From Prorocentrum cordatum (Eukaryota), in the NCBI GenBank assembly GCA_963575745.1, contig CAUYUJ010000137.1, positions 124,001 through 188,000 on the forward strand: a stretch of 64,000 bases of DNA, given 5' to 3'. Below are positions 35,196 to 47,437 of this stretch, piece after piece. The stretch's first letter is position 1; every line of letters begins with the position of its first letter. The notes beneath the pieces are model-generated. The model made no database searches. It saw nothing but the letters and a program-made list of their open reading frames with translations, and had not been told where the DNA came from. A program made the position numbers and the translations under genes.

Positions 35196-36178
35196 CGCCC
35201 CTGCAGAGGAGCCGTGATGGGCGTCCAACCGCTGGGCCGCGCCGCGCAGCCTGGCTACCAGCGCAGGGGTCGTGCGCCCCGACCAGGCGTGGAGGAGGAA
35301 CCTGTCCTCCCTGCGTTGTAGTCGCGCTCGATGATGGGCGGCAGCCTCCCGCGGAGCCGCCGTCGCGAGCGCTGGTCTCGGCGCGCGCCAGGAGCCTATC
35401 CCCTCGCCTGCCCCGCAGGCGCCCAAGGGGGAGGCAGCTCCTCGCGAGCCGAAAACTGGAGGGCGAGGAGGAGGAGGAGGAGGAGGAGGAGGAGGAGGAC
35501 AAGGAGGAGGAGGAGGAGGAGGAGGAGGAGGAGGAGGAGGAGGAGGAGGAGAAGGAGGAGGAGCAGGATGCCCCCCCCCCCTTGGCCCGTCCGGGCCCGC
35601 CCCCGCAGCTGCTGCGCCAGCGCCGCGCCAGTGGCCGGTTGGGCGCCCAGGTGCCCGGCCGCCGCGGCGGGCAGGGCCGTCGCAGGCGCTCTGCCTCGCG
35701 TGCGGGGGTCTCCTCCTCCTCCTCGCCCTCCTCCTCCTCCTCCTCCTCCTCCTCCCTCCTCGCCCCTCCTCCTCTCCTCCTCCTCCTCCTCCTCCTCCTC
35801 CTCCTCCTCCTCGCCCTCCGACTCCTCCTCCTCCTCGCCCTTCTCCTCCTTCTCCTCGCCCTCCTCCTCCTCCTCCACCTTCTCCGCCTCCTCTTGCTGG
35901 CTCTTGCGAATCGAGGGGGGACGATGAGGGGGGTATGCGTAAATGAATATGGATTCATATGTAGGTATATGTGTGTGTACATCGTAGAAATACAAATATC
36001 TATATATGTAAATGAAGACATGCCGATTCTTACCCCTGCGTGGATATCAGGAAAACTGATGGACATCAATTCATGTAAATCTCAATCCGCACATTTCCCC
36101 ACCTGACGTGCTCGGCATGCGGTACTGCATGGAGGGCCAGCGGGCCCTTCTCAAACATACTGTTGCAACTCTAGTATC

Positions 36179-36735
36179 GGGCACTCTGGTATCAGAAAAC
36201 CTCGCAGGTGGATACCGGCGCCCTTGGAAATCTTCGCATGGAACTCAGCTGACGGAGCGCGCCAAATGTGGCGCCCTCAGACATGTTTCTGCCCCTCAGA
36301 ATATCGTATCCTCCAAGCTGGGATGAATCTCCCTCCCCTCCCGAACCCACTCCCCCTCCACCCCCTCAAGTCATGTCTCGATAGGGGGTACAATGAGGGG
36401 GGATTGGCTCAGGGGGGCGAGACATGACCTGCAATCGACGGTACACCGCCAAATCGGCGATATGCGATCGGCCCCTGATGAAGAAACCCCACCCTTTCTA
36501 GATTGGCGAGAACTGTTCGGTGGCAATACATGAGAGCCTCCCATGCCATCTTGCCTGCTCATGCGAGTCGACGCTAGCCGACGCTAATCAATGCTGAATC
36601 GAAACTGATCCTCGCTAGTCGACGCTAGATCGACGCTAGCCGACGCAAAATCGGCGCTTGCCCATCAATGACGAAACGCTAGCTCGCGCTAAGGCGATGT
36701 GAAGATGGACTTGCGAGGGCGCACACGGCGCCTCT
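36179..36735. repeat. Dispersed ~530-bp repeat, copy 2 (followed by MITE family A)
   Basis: Colinear with 14277-14803. Confidence 0.85.
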
Positions 36736-38155
36736 GAATTGCTTTGGCGGCGCGCACAAAGAGGACAGGAGGAGAGTGGAAGGCTTCTTAGAAGAAGGCT
36801 GCAAATTAGAAGGGGTGTTTTCCAAGACGCCTTCTACATCTATAGACAAGGCCCACGCCACCTGAGAAGCAGCGGCGCTTCTAAGAAACCTTCCCCCCTC
36901 CCCCTAACCCCCTGTTCGCTCTGCCCATCGGTGGTTCAAAGACGGGGTCCTGAGGGACGTTGTCCCAAGGACTGGGTGTCTCAAAAAAACTGAATCCACC
37001 CGTAGATCTGTTTCTATCCTCAGGCTCCCGTCCCTCGGGGCCCCCATTTGGGCACCTCTGACGCAAACATGTCTTAAGAACCGAAACAGTGTTCTTAGAA
37101 CATAAGCCCGACGTGTTCAAGCAAGACAGTCCCGGCCAGAGATGTTCTGAGAGCAGCTCGTGGAACTCACAGAAGGCTCTCAGGACATTGCTTGGTGGGC
37201 CCACAGGCACGCCAGGACGCTTCGCCGCTGCTTGATTAGGGAGCCCACAAAGGACGTACGCGCCCAGCTATGTACATGAACACGGCCCCTCGATCTGCGA
37301 GACCGGCCGCGTGATACGAACTTTCGGGCAATGCGTACTCTCGAAACCAGCGTGGATTCATGTACGTGTACGTCCTCCGTTCGCTCCTGATTGATTCTTC
37401 CATCCTCCGGCCCCCGTCCCTCGGGGCCCCCATGTCTGCACCACTGACGGGCGGGGGGGGGGGGCGCGGGCTGCAGAGGCCGGCGGCCGGCGCGCGGCCC
37501 GGCCTCGCTCGGCTCCTCGGCGGGAGGAGGCCCAGGCTTCCTGCCTCCCCCGTGTCGGCCGGACCTGGGGCAGGAGAACACCCTTCGGGGACTTGAGGCC
37601 CTCCGCCAGCCAGCCCGCACAGGACATCCAAGGGCACCCTCCCCAGGGTGCACAAGGGGCATCCAACAAGCACGAAGGACATTATGGTACCCTCCCCGAG
37701 CCGGCCTCGATCTCGTACCTCGGTCCGACCGTAGATCTAGCTGCGTATTCCCGGTTGGCTTGCAGGTCCCAACTCGGCTTTCTGGCGGCCGATCGAGACG
37801 ATCCAGGCACCCCAGAAAGCTCTCAACGAGGCGCTCCGAATGGAGAGCGTCCCGAGGCTGGAAAGCCGCCGAGAACCAACGATAATCTCCGAAGCCTCGA
37901 ACCTCGAACCCGAAACTCTTGAAGTTCCCCTCCCCGAACCGACCTCGATTGTATGCCTCGGTCCGACCGTCGTGGTTTGTTCGCAAACGTCGACCTCCAG
38001 AGGTCTCGACCCCTACCCCAGGACCAGTTGTTCGCCCTCGATCGTTCTTGAACGGCCCCGAGGCCCAGCCACAGCCCCGCGGGGGCCGAAGACAGCGAAA
38101 AACCTCCCGTCGTGATCTTGTCACGACGCGAGGGCGTCTGGGACTGTCCTTCCTC

Positions 38156-38374
38156 TCGGCGGCGAGCGATGGGGAAGTGAAAAAGGGCGGGCCTTCTCAG
38201 AAGGCTCTGGAGCCCCCGGGCCTTCTGAGAAGTTTCACAAGCCTTCCCCGAAGACACAGAACACTTCTCAGGAGGCACAAGGACTCCCGAGAAGACTTCT
38301 CAGAAGACACGGCAGTCGGGCCGCCTTCTGATAAGGCCTTCTTCTCCTCAATGTCCTCCCTCGCTCGCCGCCGA
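38156..38374. mobile_element. MITE family B (TYGGCGGCGAGCGA ends, CCTTCTCAGAAGG palindromes)
   Basis: TIR TCGGCGGCGAGCGA / TCGCTCGCCGCCGA. Homologous to 40774-40977 and 55726-55926. No TSD is retained. Confidence 0.75.
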
Positions 38375-38384
38375 GGTCCGACTC

Positions 38385-38781
38385 TTGGCGACGCGCACGA
38401 AGGGATAGGGGAAGGGAAGAAGGCTTCTTCGAAGCAAGCCGCTTCTTAGGCGGCGGCCCTACATCTGTAGACGAGGCCCGCGCCTTCTAAGAAGCAGGGG
38501 TGCTTCTAAGAAGCCCTCCCCCCCCCTCCCCCCACCCCCCTCTGCTGGAGGCCTCCTAGATAGGGGTCCGAATAGATTGGGTCGAAGGATCGCGCCGCAT
38601 CGCAAACGCATCGCCGATGTATCGGCGATGCTTCGGCGACGTCGGCGATGCATCGGTGACGTCGGCGTGGGGAAACACGGACTCCGAATCGAGCCGCCTC
38701 GTCGATGCCTCGGCGATGCGGCGCGACCCTTCGACCCCATCTGCTCGGACCCCCTCTAGGAGGCCTAGATCTGCGCGTGGC
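38385..38781. mobile_element. Palindromic MITE family A copy interrupted by MITE 38545-38769
   Basis: The family core CCCTACATCTGTAGACGAGGCCCGCGCCTTCTAAGAAGCAGG is present, and the right arm resumes as TCTGCGCGTGGC at 38770. Confidence 0.7.
38545..38769. mobile_element. MITE with ~54-bp TIRs and apparent 4-bp TSD (TCTG)
   Basis: AGGCCTCCTAGATAGGGGTCCGAATAGATTGGGTCGAAGGATCGCGCCGCATCGC is mirrored at 38713-38766. TCTG occurs at 38541-38544 and 38770-38773. A related copy lies at 43199-43405. Confidence 0.8.
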
Positions 38782-38916
38782 TGCATTTCCCCCCCTCGCT
38801 CGCCGCAGCGGTCCGACTCCACGGCCCCCTGCGCGAGCAGGCACTTTTCGGAGGTGGACAAACCTCCCTTCCATAAACCTCCCCCTTAGTGAAAACGGCC
38901 CAGGACCGAAACCGAC

Positions 38917-40130
38917 GGACCTGGACCCGCAAACAACGACGGCCGTGACGCCCCCTCGCGAACCGAAAGCGGCCCATTCGCTCATCGACGTGCCAGGGTC
39001 GGAGGTCTATCCAACTCCGAGACGGACCTGGAGCCGCAAACAACGACGGCCGTGACGCCCCCTCGCGAACCGAAAGCGGCCCCGTTCGCTCATCGACGTG
39101 TCAAGGCAGGAGGTCTATCCAACTCCGAGACGGACCTGGACCCGCAAACAACGACGGCCGTGACGCCCCCTCGCGAACCGAAAGCGGCCCATTCGCTCAT
39201 CGACGTGCCAGGGTCGGAGGTCTATCCAACTCCGAGACGGACCTGGAGCCGCAAACAACGACGGCCGTGACGCCCCCTCGCGAACCGAAAGCGGCCCCGT
39301 TCGCTCATCGACGTGTCAAGGCAGGAGGTCTATCCAACTCCGAGACGGACCTGGACCCGCAAACAACGACGGCCGTGACGCCCCCTCGCGAACCGAAAGC
39401 GGCCCATTCGCTCATCGACGTGCCAGGGTCGGAGGTCTATCCAACTCCGAGACGGACCTGGAGCCGCATACAACGACGGCCGTGACGCCCTTCGCGAACC
39501 GAAAGCGGCCCATTCGCTCCTCGACGTGTCGGGGCAGGAGGTAAAACAGGGCTAGGATCGGGATAAATCGCTCCAGAGCGTTCCGGAGCGCTCTCAGAGC
39601 GTTCCTGAGCGCTCTGGAGCGGCCGCGGCGCCCAATGCATCCTCCAAACCGCCGATTCTCAGAGATTTCGAGTTTTGTCCCGATCCGATTTTGTCCCGAT
39701 CTTCGCGTCGTTTTAATCTAACTCCCAGACGGACCTGGAGCCGCAAAAACGACGGCCGTGACGCCCCAATCGCGAACCAAAAGCGGCCCATTCGCCCCTC
39801 GACGTGTCGGGGCAGGAGGTTAAACAGGGCTAGAATCAGGATAAATCGCTCCAGAGCGTTCCGGAGCGCTCTCAGAGCGTTCCGGAACGCTCTGGAGCGG
39901 CCGCGGCGCCCCATACATCCTCCAAACCGCCGATTCTTAGAGATTTCGAGCTCCCGATCCGATTTTGTCCCGATCTTCGCGCCGTTTTAGGACGACCCCC
40001 TCGCGAACCAAAAGCGGCCCCACTCGCTCATCGACGTGCCAGGGCAGGAGGTCCATCCAACTCCGAGACGGACCTGGAGCCGCAAACAACGACCCCCGCG
40101 CGAACCGAAAGCGGCCCCATTCGCTCGTCG
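38917..40130. repeat. 107/108-bp tandem array with 215-bp higher-order dimer, followed by a ~300-bp duplication
   Basis: GGACCTGG starts at 38917, 39024, 39132, 39239, 39347 and 39454 with alternating variants. Confidence 0.93.
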
Positions 40131-40773
40131 ACGCGTCGGGGCATGAGGCCCGCCCACCCTCTTGGGGGCGTCAGTCCAGTTGGAGGTTCCAGGACGTATG
40201 GTCTGGTGGTCTGGTGATCTGGTGATCTGGTGGTCTCGTGATCTGGTGGTCTCGTGGTCTGGCGGTGGTCTTGTGGTCGGAGGTGAGGGGGTGAGGGGGT
40301 GAGATCGAAGTGGAACGGAGAGCCCCCCTACCGGGAAATCGATTTCGGTTTCGTGTTCGTGCGTGCCGTGCGTGCGGGCGAGGCGAAGCTGCGTGGGCGG
40401 GCCGCACTCTTCGAACAGCGGCGCGCGCTCGGTGCCGCCGCTCCGTGCCGGCCCGTGGCCCTCGCGCAGCCGGCCCGCCTGCGGGCACCAGCGCCGTGCT
40501 GCCGGCCCGGAGGCCGGGAGGCGCCCCGCCGCCGCCCTCGCCTCGCGGCCGGGGTCGGGTGGGGCCTGCCCCTCTGCAGGAGGAGTGTGCAGAAACGGTC
40601 GACCCATCGTTCTGGGGACGATGTGCTGATTTCTTGTTACCAGTTCTGCCCGTTTGGGGGGGGGGGGCATGTTTTGAACACGTGTGGTTCTCACCCCAAA
40701 TCCCCCTGTGGGGGGACACGCCCGACGTGAGGCTGGTGGGGGTAGGGGGTCTGCCGCTGGAGCAGGACTCAGA

Positions 40774-40977
40774 TTGGCGGCGAGCGAGGGGGGAACGTGA
40801 GGAGGAGGAGGCCTGCTCAGGAGGCGGCGGGACTTCTCAGAAGGCCTCGCGTCTTCTGAGAAAATGTTCTTGTCTTCGGGGAAGGCTTACGTAGAACAAT
40901 TCTTTGAAGGCCGGGGGACTTCCGGGCCTTCTGAGAAGGCCCGCCCCTTCTCACTTCCCCCCCTGGCTCGCCGCCAA
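40774..40977. mobile_element. MITE family B copy with 3-bp TSD AGA
   Basis: TTGGCGGCGAGC..GCTCGCCGCCAA, with AGA at 40771-40773 and 40978-40980. Confidence 0.8.
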
Positions 40978-41949
40978 AGAGGAGCAAAACATGGTCTCTC
41001 ATGAACTAGGTGCTGGTGAGAATAATCCCCTGGGATGGTAAAACTCGGGGTCCAAGCAGGAGAGTATTTCTTCCCGGAGATATCGATGTCAAAATGTCTG
41101 CACGGCGTTTCGCCTGAGACATCCTCACACTCAGAGCCATGATAGGACTTTGGGAGAGGATAAAACATTTCGACCTCCCCGCCAGCTGTTTCAATTGAAG
41201 TGTTTTCCTTATCCCGTGGATAAAGTTATCCCGAGATGTTTTACTATCCCGAGGATGCGGTTATGCAAATGGTGTGCTCCGAGACTGCCATGATGGCCCC
41301 GGCAGTCGCCGAAGCGCACAGGCTCGTGCGGCCCCACGGCAGCGCGAGGCGATCGACCCTCCTGCCACCTGGGGCCTGGGCGCACCAGTCGCGAGCACTG
41401 GGGCGCCGTTGCTGCGAACGTGGACATTCGAAATATCAGCGAGCTCGCGGGGGGGAGTGGAGCGAGGAGGACGACTTTGAAGGGGCCCAGGGACACACAC
41501 ACACACATAAATAGACACACATCCCAGGACTCCTCCTATGCTTACAGACGTTCTGGATGTTCGTTTTCTCATCCGTTTCCGATGTTGTCCCATGGTTTTC
41601 TTGGCACCTACGTTTCATGGTGTCTGTCCTGTGCCTGTGTTTCCCTCCAGAGACTCTGACTTGGCATGAGAACATCGAGCCGCATCGGATCGTTGGCCAA
41701 CTGGCTTCGCGTCAGGCGCCTGGCGGTGCGAAGCGACTGGTGCCGACCCCCCGGAGAAGGCCGCGACGCGACACTCGCATTTTTCCTCGCGCCCCTGCGG
41801 GAGGTAAGAGACCCCCACCTCCCTCTTCCAATGGCATAAATCACATCAAAAACCCGCCATCAACTTTTGACATGCTCGGGCCAGAACGTGCAGGAATTCC
41901 CTGTGCGAGAGGAGGGAAAACGGACTCGCCACTGCGACCAGGAAGCCGA

Positions 41950-42400
41950 TCCAAGGATGAACGGCGCGATGGCGCGTCGGCGCCGGGTAAGCCTTCACAA
42001 CATCCGCCCAATACGCTTCGTCCTGGTAAACTGTTACAGCATCTGCCCACCTTTTCCGCGGACCTCGTGGACTTCTGGTAGAATTGAACGGTTTCCAGGT
42101 TGCAAGATTCGCTTTCTGTGTCCATGCGGCTTGATGCTGAACCACCCACTCCCACAGCCCCAAATCAATTGCGTCTGCTCCGCATAGCGTGTCGCACGTG
42201 TAAAAAATTATTAGTACTGGGGTTCCAATCTAAACATCGAAGAAGACCCTGAAGACGACGAATTGTTTGATGAGTATGATGGCGTCTGAATGGATGGCCG
42301 GGCGATGTGTCTGCGCTGCTCTGCGTCTCGATGTGCGGGCGACCAGCCGCAATATTCGCCTCTGAGTTCGCTGGATCTTGTTTTTCAGCTGAGAGAAAGA
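41950..42400 (-). pseudogene. Decayed RTE-like LINE 3' fragment
   Basis: Frame 41846-42163 contains TWKPFNSTRSPRGPRKRWADAV, resembling the W-x-P...R.RGRP..RW.D C-terminal motif. The upstream part is frameshifted. Confidence 0.45.
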
Positions 42401-43198
42401 CCCAGGAGGAGGGAATAGGGAGGCAACCGGAGCAAAGAGGGGATACGACGAGGAGCATGAGGAACTAGTGGCTAAAGACCTGCTAACCTCCTGTTTGTGA
42501 TGTGATGCCATCGTCGCCGCTGTCCCTCACCGTAGCCGCACGTTGTCGTTGCCTTCGTCGCACCCGTTGTCCAGTTGGGCTTGCTCCCACCCCCAAACGC
42601 TCGCAGCCATATACTTACAGCGATACGTGACAACATGATAAGTGCATATGGGGATATCCATGTCGAGTACTGATTCCAATGTGTCTCTTAGCGCTTACCC
42701 TTGACACAGACACTACCCCCAAGGAATATGCTGTGACCTACGCATCGTGCCGCGGCAAAACCATGATCGCAGACACGTCGGGATGTGCGTAAACGCCACA
42801 CTGATGTGGACAATGACGAGACTGATGACAACGGAAATGATGGCAATGAGAAAATCGCCTCCCCCAACCCTCGTTGCCACTGGCCCCGCCTGGCCCACAT
42901 CTGCTCCGGATCCGTCCCTGGACCCCTCCGGGGGTCCACCCTCACCACCTTTCGGCAGGAGTCGGGGATGGACAGACCTCCCTTTAGTAAAACGTGGTTT
43001 AGTGAAAACGACTTCGTGCCCAAACATGGCGGGCGCAAGCCTGGAAAATAACGGCCACGGCGCCCTCTCGAAAACCGAAAACGGACAATTCACTAATCGA
43101 CGTGTCACTGTTGGGGGTTCTGTCCACCCCCGAAGGAGACCCAGCTGAGGCGACGAAGAGCCTCCGGGAGGCCCGTGCCCCCGTTGGCCAGCAAAAAA

Positions 43199-43405
43199 CT
43201 CCCCGAATGGGGTTGGAGTGGGCGGGGTCGGAGGATCGCGCCGCCTTGCCGATGCATCGCCGATACATCGGCGATGCATCGGCGACGTGGGCGACGCACT
43301 GGCGCCGTCGGCGTGAAGAAAATCGGGCGCCACGTCGACCGCATCGGCGATGCGCCGGCGATGCGGTGCGATCTCCCGACCGTCTACTTCGACCCCAACC
43401 GGGAG
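43199..43405. mobile_element. MITE related to 38545-38769 (ATCGCCGAT-rich interior)
   Basis: Imperfect TIRs CTCCCCGAATGGGGTTGGAGT.. / ..ACTTCGACCCCAACCGGGAG with the same internal motifs. Confidence 0.6.
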
Positions 43406-43649
43406 CCCCATTTCCCATTATTCGCGATAACGCCCGTGACTGGCCCAGCCTCCCCCGCCCTGGTGACGTCGCGATTTGCGCTGGCGCTGTCTGGGACAGA
43501 GCCATTCCCCGGCATTCCCAAACAGCGCCGACGCGAATCGCAACGTGACCAGCCCCCGGCCCCCACGTTGGTCACGCAGGTATCGCCGTGGGGCATAAGA
43601 AATTATCTCCATCTGAAAGGCCCAGATGCCCAGCCCGAGCAAACAGTTG

Positions 43650-44413
43650 AAAAGAAAAGAGGAGGAAGAGGAGAAGGAGGAGGAGGAGGAAACGGAGGAT
43701 GAGGGGAGGAAAAAAGGCAGAGGAGGATGGAAGAGGAGGAGGAGGAGGAGGAGGAGGAGGAGGAGGAGGAAAGAGGATGAGGAGGAGGAGGAGGAGGTAG
43801 CGAGGAGGAAGAGTTCGTTCGTTTTCTCAAACGCAGAAACACAGAGGTTCCATACGTCACCCGTCCATGATGGCGCGCCGCCCGCTGGCGAGCACACGCT
43901 CACTTGGGGAGAGGAGGCAGCAAGGCAACGAGGGAACAGAAAAGGAGGAGGAGGAGGAGGAGGAGGAGGAGGAGGAGGGGGAGCAAATGGAGGAGGAGGC
44001 AGGCGGGGTAGGAGGAGGAGGAGGAGGAGGGGGAAAAGGAGATGGTGAAGGAGGAAGAGGCGGAGGGGGAGGAGGAGGGCGGGGGAGGAAATGGAGGATG
44101 ATGGAGGATGACGGAGATGACGGGGATGCTTAATTACGAGGGCGATGATTAAGCTGATGGTGGCGGTGGTAATGATGATGCTGATGTTACTGATGATGGC
44201 GATTATGCTGATGATGATGGTGATGGTGTTGGTGTTGATGCTCATGCTGCTGGTGCCGGCGCTGGTGGTTGTAAAGATGATGAAGAGGATGATGACGAGG
44301 ATGTGACTATGATAACGATTACGATTCGGTGTATGACGATGATGATGCGGATGATGATGGTGCCGATGCTGCTGATGATGGCGATGGTGATGCCGGCGGT
44401 GATGATGATACGT

Positions 44414-44467
<54 letters not shown>

Positions 44468-44690
44468 ATTATGATTATGATGATGATGATGATGGTGCTG
44501 CTGATGGTGTTGATTGTGATGATGATGGTCATGATTTGAATGATGATGAGGAGGAGGACGACGATGAGAATGAGGATGAATAGGAGGAAGAAAAAAAGGA
44601 AGAAGGAGGAGGGCGAAGAAGGAGGAGGAAGGAGGAAGACAGGGAAGCAGGTGGAGGAGGAGGAAGAGGAGGGCGGAAGAGGGAAGAGGC
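43650..44690. repeat. Compound (GAG)n/(GAT)n microsatellite region
   Basis: Direct inspection. Confidence 0.95.
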
Positions 44691-45039
44691 GGCAATCAGG
44701 AGTTACAGTTAAACAAGGTTTACTTTGGACTTAACCCTCCGCTGGGCGAGCATCAAGGCATTCGCCCTGCGAAAGGGGTTAGCTCTAGGTTAAACCTTTC
44801 TTTTCTCGTGGGCGCCGAGCGTCGCGGGGATCTACCCAGAGGAGGGCCACCTCCGTTCAAACCCGTTTCGCGGAAGCCGAGCGTCGCAGGGGTCCACCCT
44901 GAGGAGGGCTACCTCCAGATTAAGCCCTGTTCGCGGACGCCCCCGTGGCCCCCGCGCGCAATTCGCCACCTGGCAGGGCACCGGTAAATCTAGAGTTGAC
45001 CCTCCTCGTTTGGACACCCTCTAAGAGGCGGAGGCGGAG

Positions 45040-45460
45040 AAGGTGGAGAGCGAGGGAGAGGGAGTGAGAGAGAGAGAGAGGGAGGGAGAGAAAAAAAGAG
45101 AGAAACAGAGAGATGACGAGAAAGAGAGAGACAGAGAGAGACAGAGAGAGAGTGAGAGAGGGGGAGCGAGAGTGAGAGAGAGAGAGAGAAACATAATGAC
45201 GAACGCATAGCGAGGGATAGACAGAAAGAGAGAGAGAGAGATAGCGCGACAAGATACAGAGGGAGGGAGAGAGAGGGCGTAGAGAAGCATAAACCTAAAG
45301 GAAGGGAGGCATTCGACACAACTTACACGCAAACCTGTATTTATGCATATCTATACATATATATATACATATATCTATAGATACCGATCTATACATATAC
45401 ATATATATAACTAGATGCAACAATAATCACGCGGGGAGAGAGAGAGAGAGAGAGAGAGAT
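45040..45460. repeat. (GA)n and (TA)n microsatellites
   Basis: Direct inspection. Confidence 0.9.
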
Positions 45461-47437
45461 AAAGCAATACAGAGAGAATGATAAAGAAAACGATATCTGT
45501 ATATACATAGATGATAACAACAATAACAAAACAAACAACACATGAAAGGACAAGGGGATGGCGAGATGGAGAGCGAGGGGTGCAGAGTGACCGAACCTGT
45601 CGCCCGGAAGCTCCTCGGCGGTCCAAAGACTTCGCGGCCTTGAGCGTCGCGGCCTTGATTACCAATCCGCGGCAATGTCGGTTTCTGCTGGAGATCGGTT
45701 TGGTGTTGTTTGCGGCTCAGAGGTGGTTCTCTCGGGTTCGTCAAAGGGGCCATCAGGTCGATTCGGGAACATCTTGGGGACGCCTTGAGATCATATGCAA
45801 ACGTCGCATTACATTTTGAGGTCGCTGGAGGGTCGCGTTGGGGTTATACTGGGGTCGCGTTAGGTCCTGATATCGCCCTGGGATCGTCATGGGCTTGATG
45901 CTGTTGTCCCGGGGTGGCCTTAGGGCCAGCCGCAAGGTGATAGGGTCCTTTCGCAGTTGACGATGTCATTCGGGCCGTGTCGGGGTCACCCTGTGATCAT
46001 CACGGGTGCGAAAAGCCGTCTTAGTGTCGTCCTAGTGGTCATCAGGGGTCGTGGGATCACCGCACTGTCATAACGCCTTTCCGAACAATCACCAGTGTCA
46101 TCGTCATCGTTATCAAGACCATCACCATCAGCATCCTCATCATCCTCACCATCATCATATGTCCTCTCCACCTCCTCCATTGGACATCGTTACCGTGGCG
46201 TCTTCGGGCCTCCTTGGCAGGAGGTACCAATCGACTAGTTCAGTGACAAAGGAGAGAGGGCATTAATCATTTTGAATCAGTCGTGAGCATGTTGGGAATC
46301 TCTTGTGGACATCTAGAACACCTGTCCAGAGACTCTCAAGGCCTCTTAGCGGCCTTGCCAACCGACTTAGAAGGCTTATGGACGCTGCGAACCCATATAG
46401 ATCAAACTCATAATCGTTTGGGCCAGAGTTGACCTCTCGGTGGCAACTGCGTAAAAAATGTTACTCCAGAGTCAGCACTCCGACCGGAAATACAATTAAA
46501 CCAATTTACTCCAAACTTAACCCTCCGACAGGAGATCCCGCTAAAAGTGCAAACTCTGGAGTTAACCCCTTTGGGAAGGGAGCGTAAACTGCATGTGTGC
46601 TGTTGTTGTTGAAGAGAGCGCCTGCAGACCCCAGAGAAGGAACCGACGAAACAAGAAAGCCCGCAGCGTGTGAGAAGCACTCGCCCTAGATCAAAGCTAC
46701 GAGCGACCTGAGCCAGAAAGCCTACAGGGCAAGAGAAACACGCACACTGAACCAGCAAGCCTGCAGAACGAACAAACACCTCGAAAACCAGACGGGCCAG
46801 CAGCGCTGGAAAAGTAAGCCTCCAGAACCAGAAACATGACAACACTAAGGCAGAAGGGATTCATAGCAAGAGAACGCTCGTATTTGAAAAAAAGGAGCCG
46901 GCGTTACCAGAGAGCCAGCAGCCCCAAACAAAACAACCTTCGGAGCAAAAAAGCCTGAAGAGCGAGAAGCGGTGGCTCAATAACTGGGTGGGTCAATAAT
47001 CAGACAGCAGGACGAGAGGAGGGCGGCATAACTAAACTTACAAGGACCCACCCCCCTGAGCAGCCTTGACGAAACGTCGCCCATAACGTGAAAAAAACTG
47101 TGGAACTGTATTGGAAACCGAATCGATTGCAGAGATGCCAGCGCAACTTCAGAAAGTAACCCCCGATAACAACAAAAACCCAAGGACTAATGAAAGGAGC
47201 GACTGCACCTCCGTAAATGGCCAGCCCCACGGCGAGAATGTTTCGAGCACGGGGCCCAGGAAATGAAAAGAGCATGCAATAGAGAAGAGGCGACATGGTC
47301 GCCAGAGGGGCGCCTCAGATGTAGAGAGGTTTAATACAAAGTAAACCCTTTCCAATGGTGAAGCACTGAAGGTACAAGTTCAACAAGATTTAATCCAGAT
47401 TAAACCTTTTACAGAACTCGTGATTACACACTTTTTC

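Larger units (their letters stand above)
27611..35457 (-). mobile_element. Full-length non-LTR retrotransposon (LINE; APE-RT-RNase H type) inserted in a (GAG)n microsatellite
   Basis: Two ORFs with LINE domains. The 3' tail is (TCA)8 at 27611-27634. The 15-bp TSD GGAGGGCGAGGAGGA lies at 27596-27610 and 35458-35472 and includes a distinctive GGC interruption of the GAG tract. The 5' UTR is ~260 nt. Confidence 0.95.

Noticed and set aside
35443..35457. LINE 5' end AGTTTTCGGCTCGCG as a dinoflagellate spliced-leader relic
   Set aside because: It only loosely resembles CCATTTTGGCTCAAG and is too short and mismatched to support.
27707..35457. DNA methyltransferase cargo, as reported for some dinoflagellate retrotransposons
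   Set aside because: No FxGxG, PC or ENV methyltransferase motifs are visible in either ORF.
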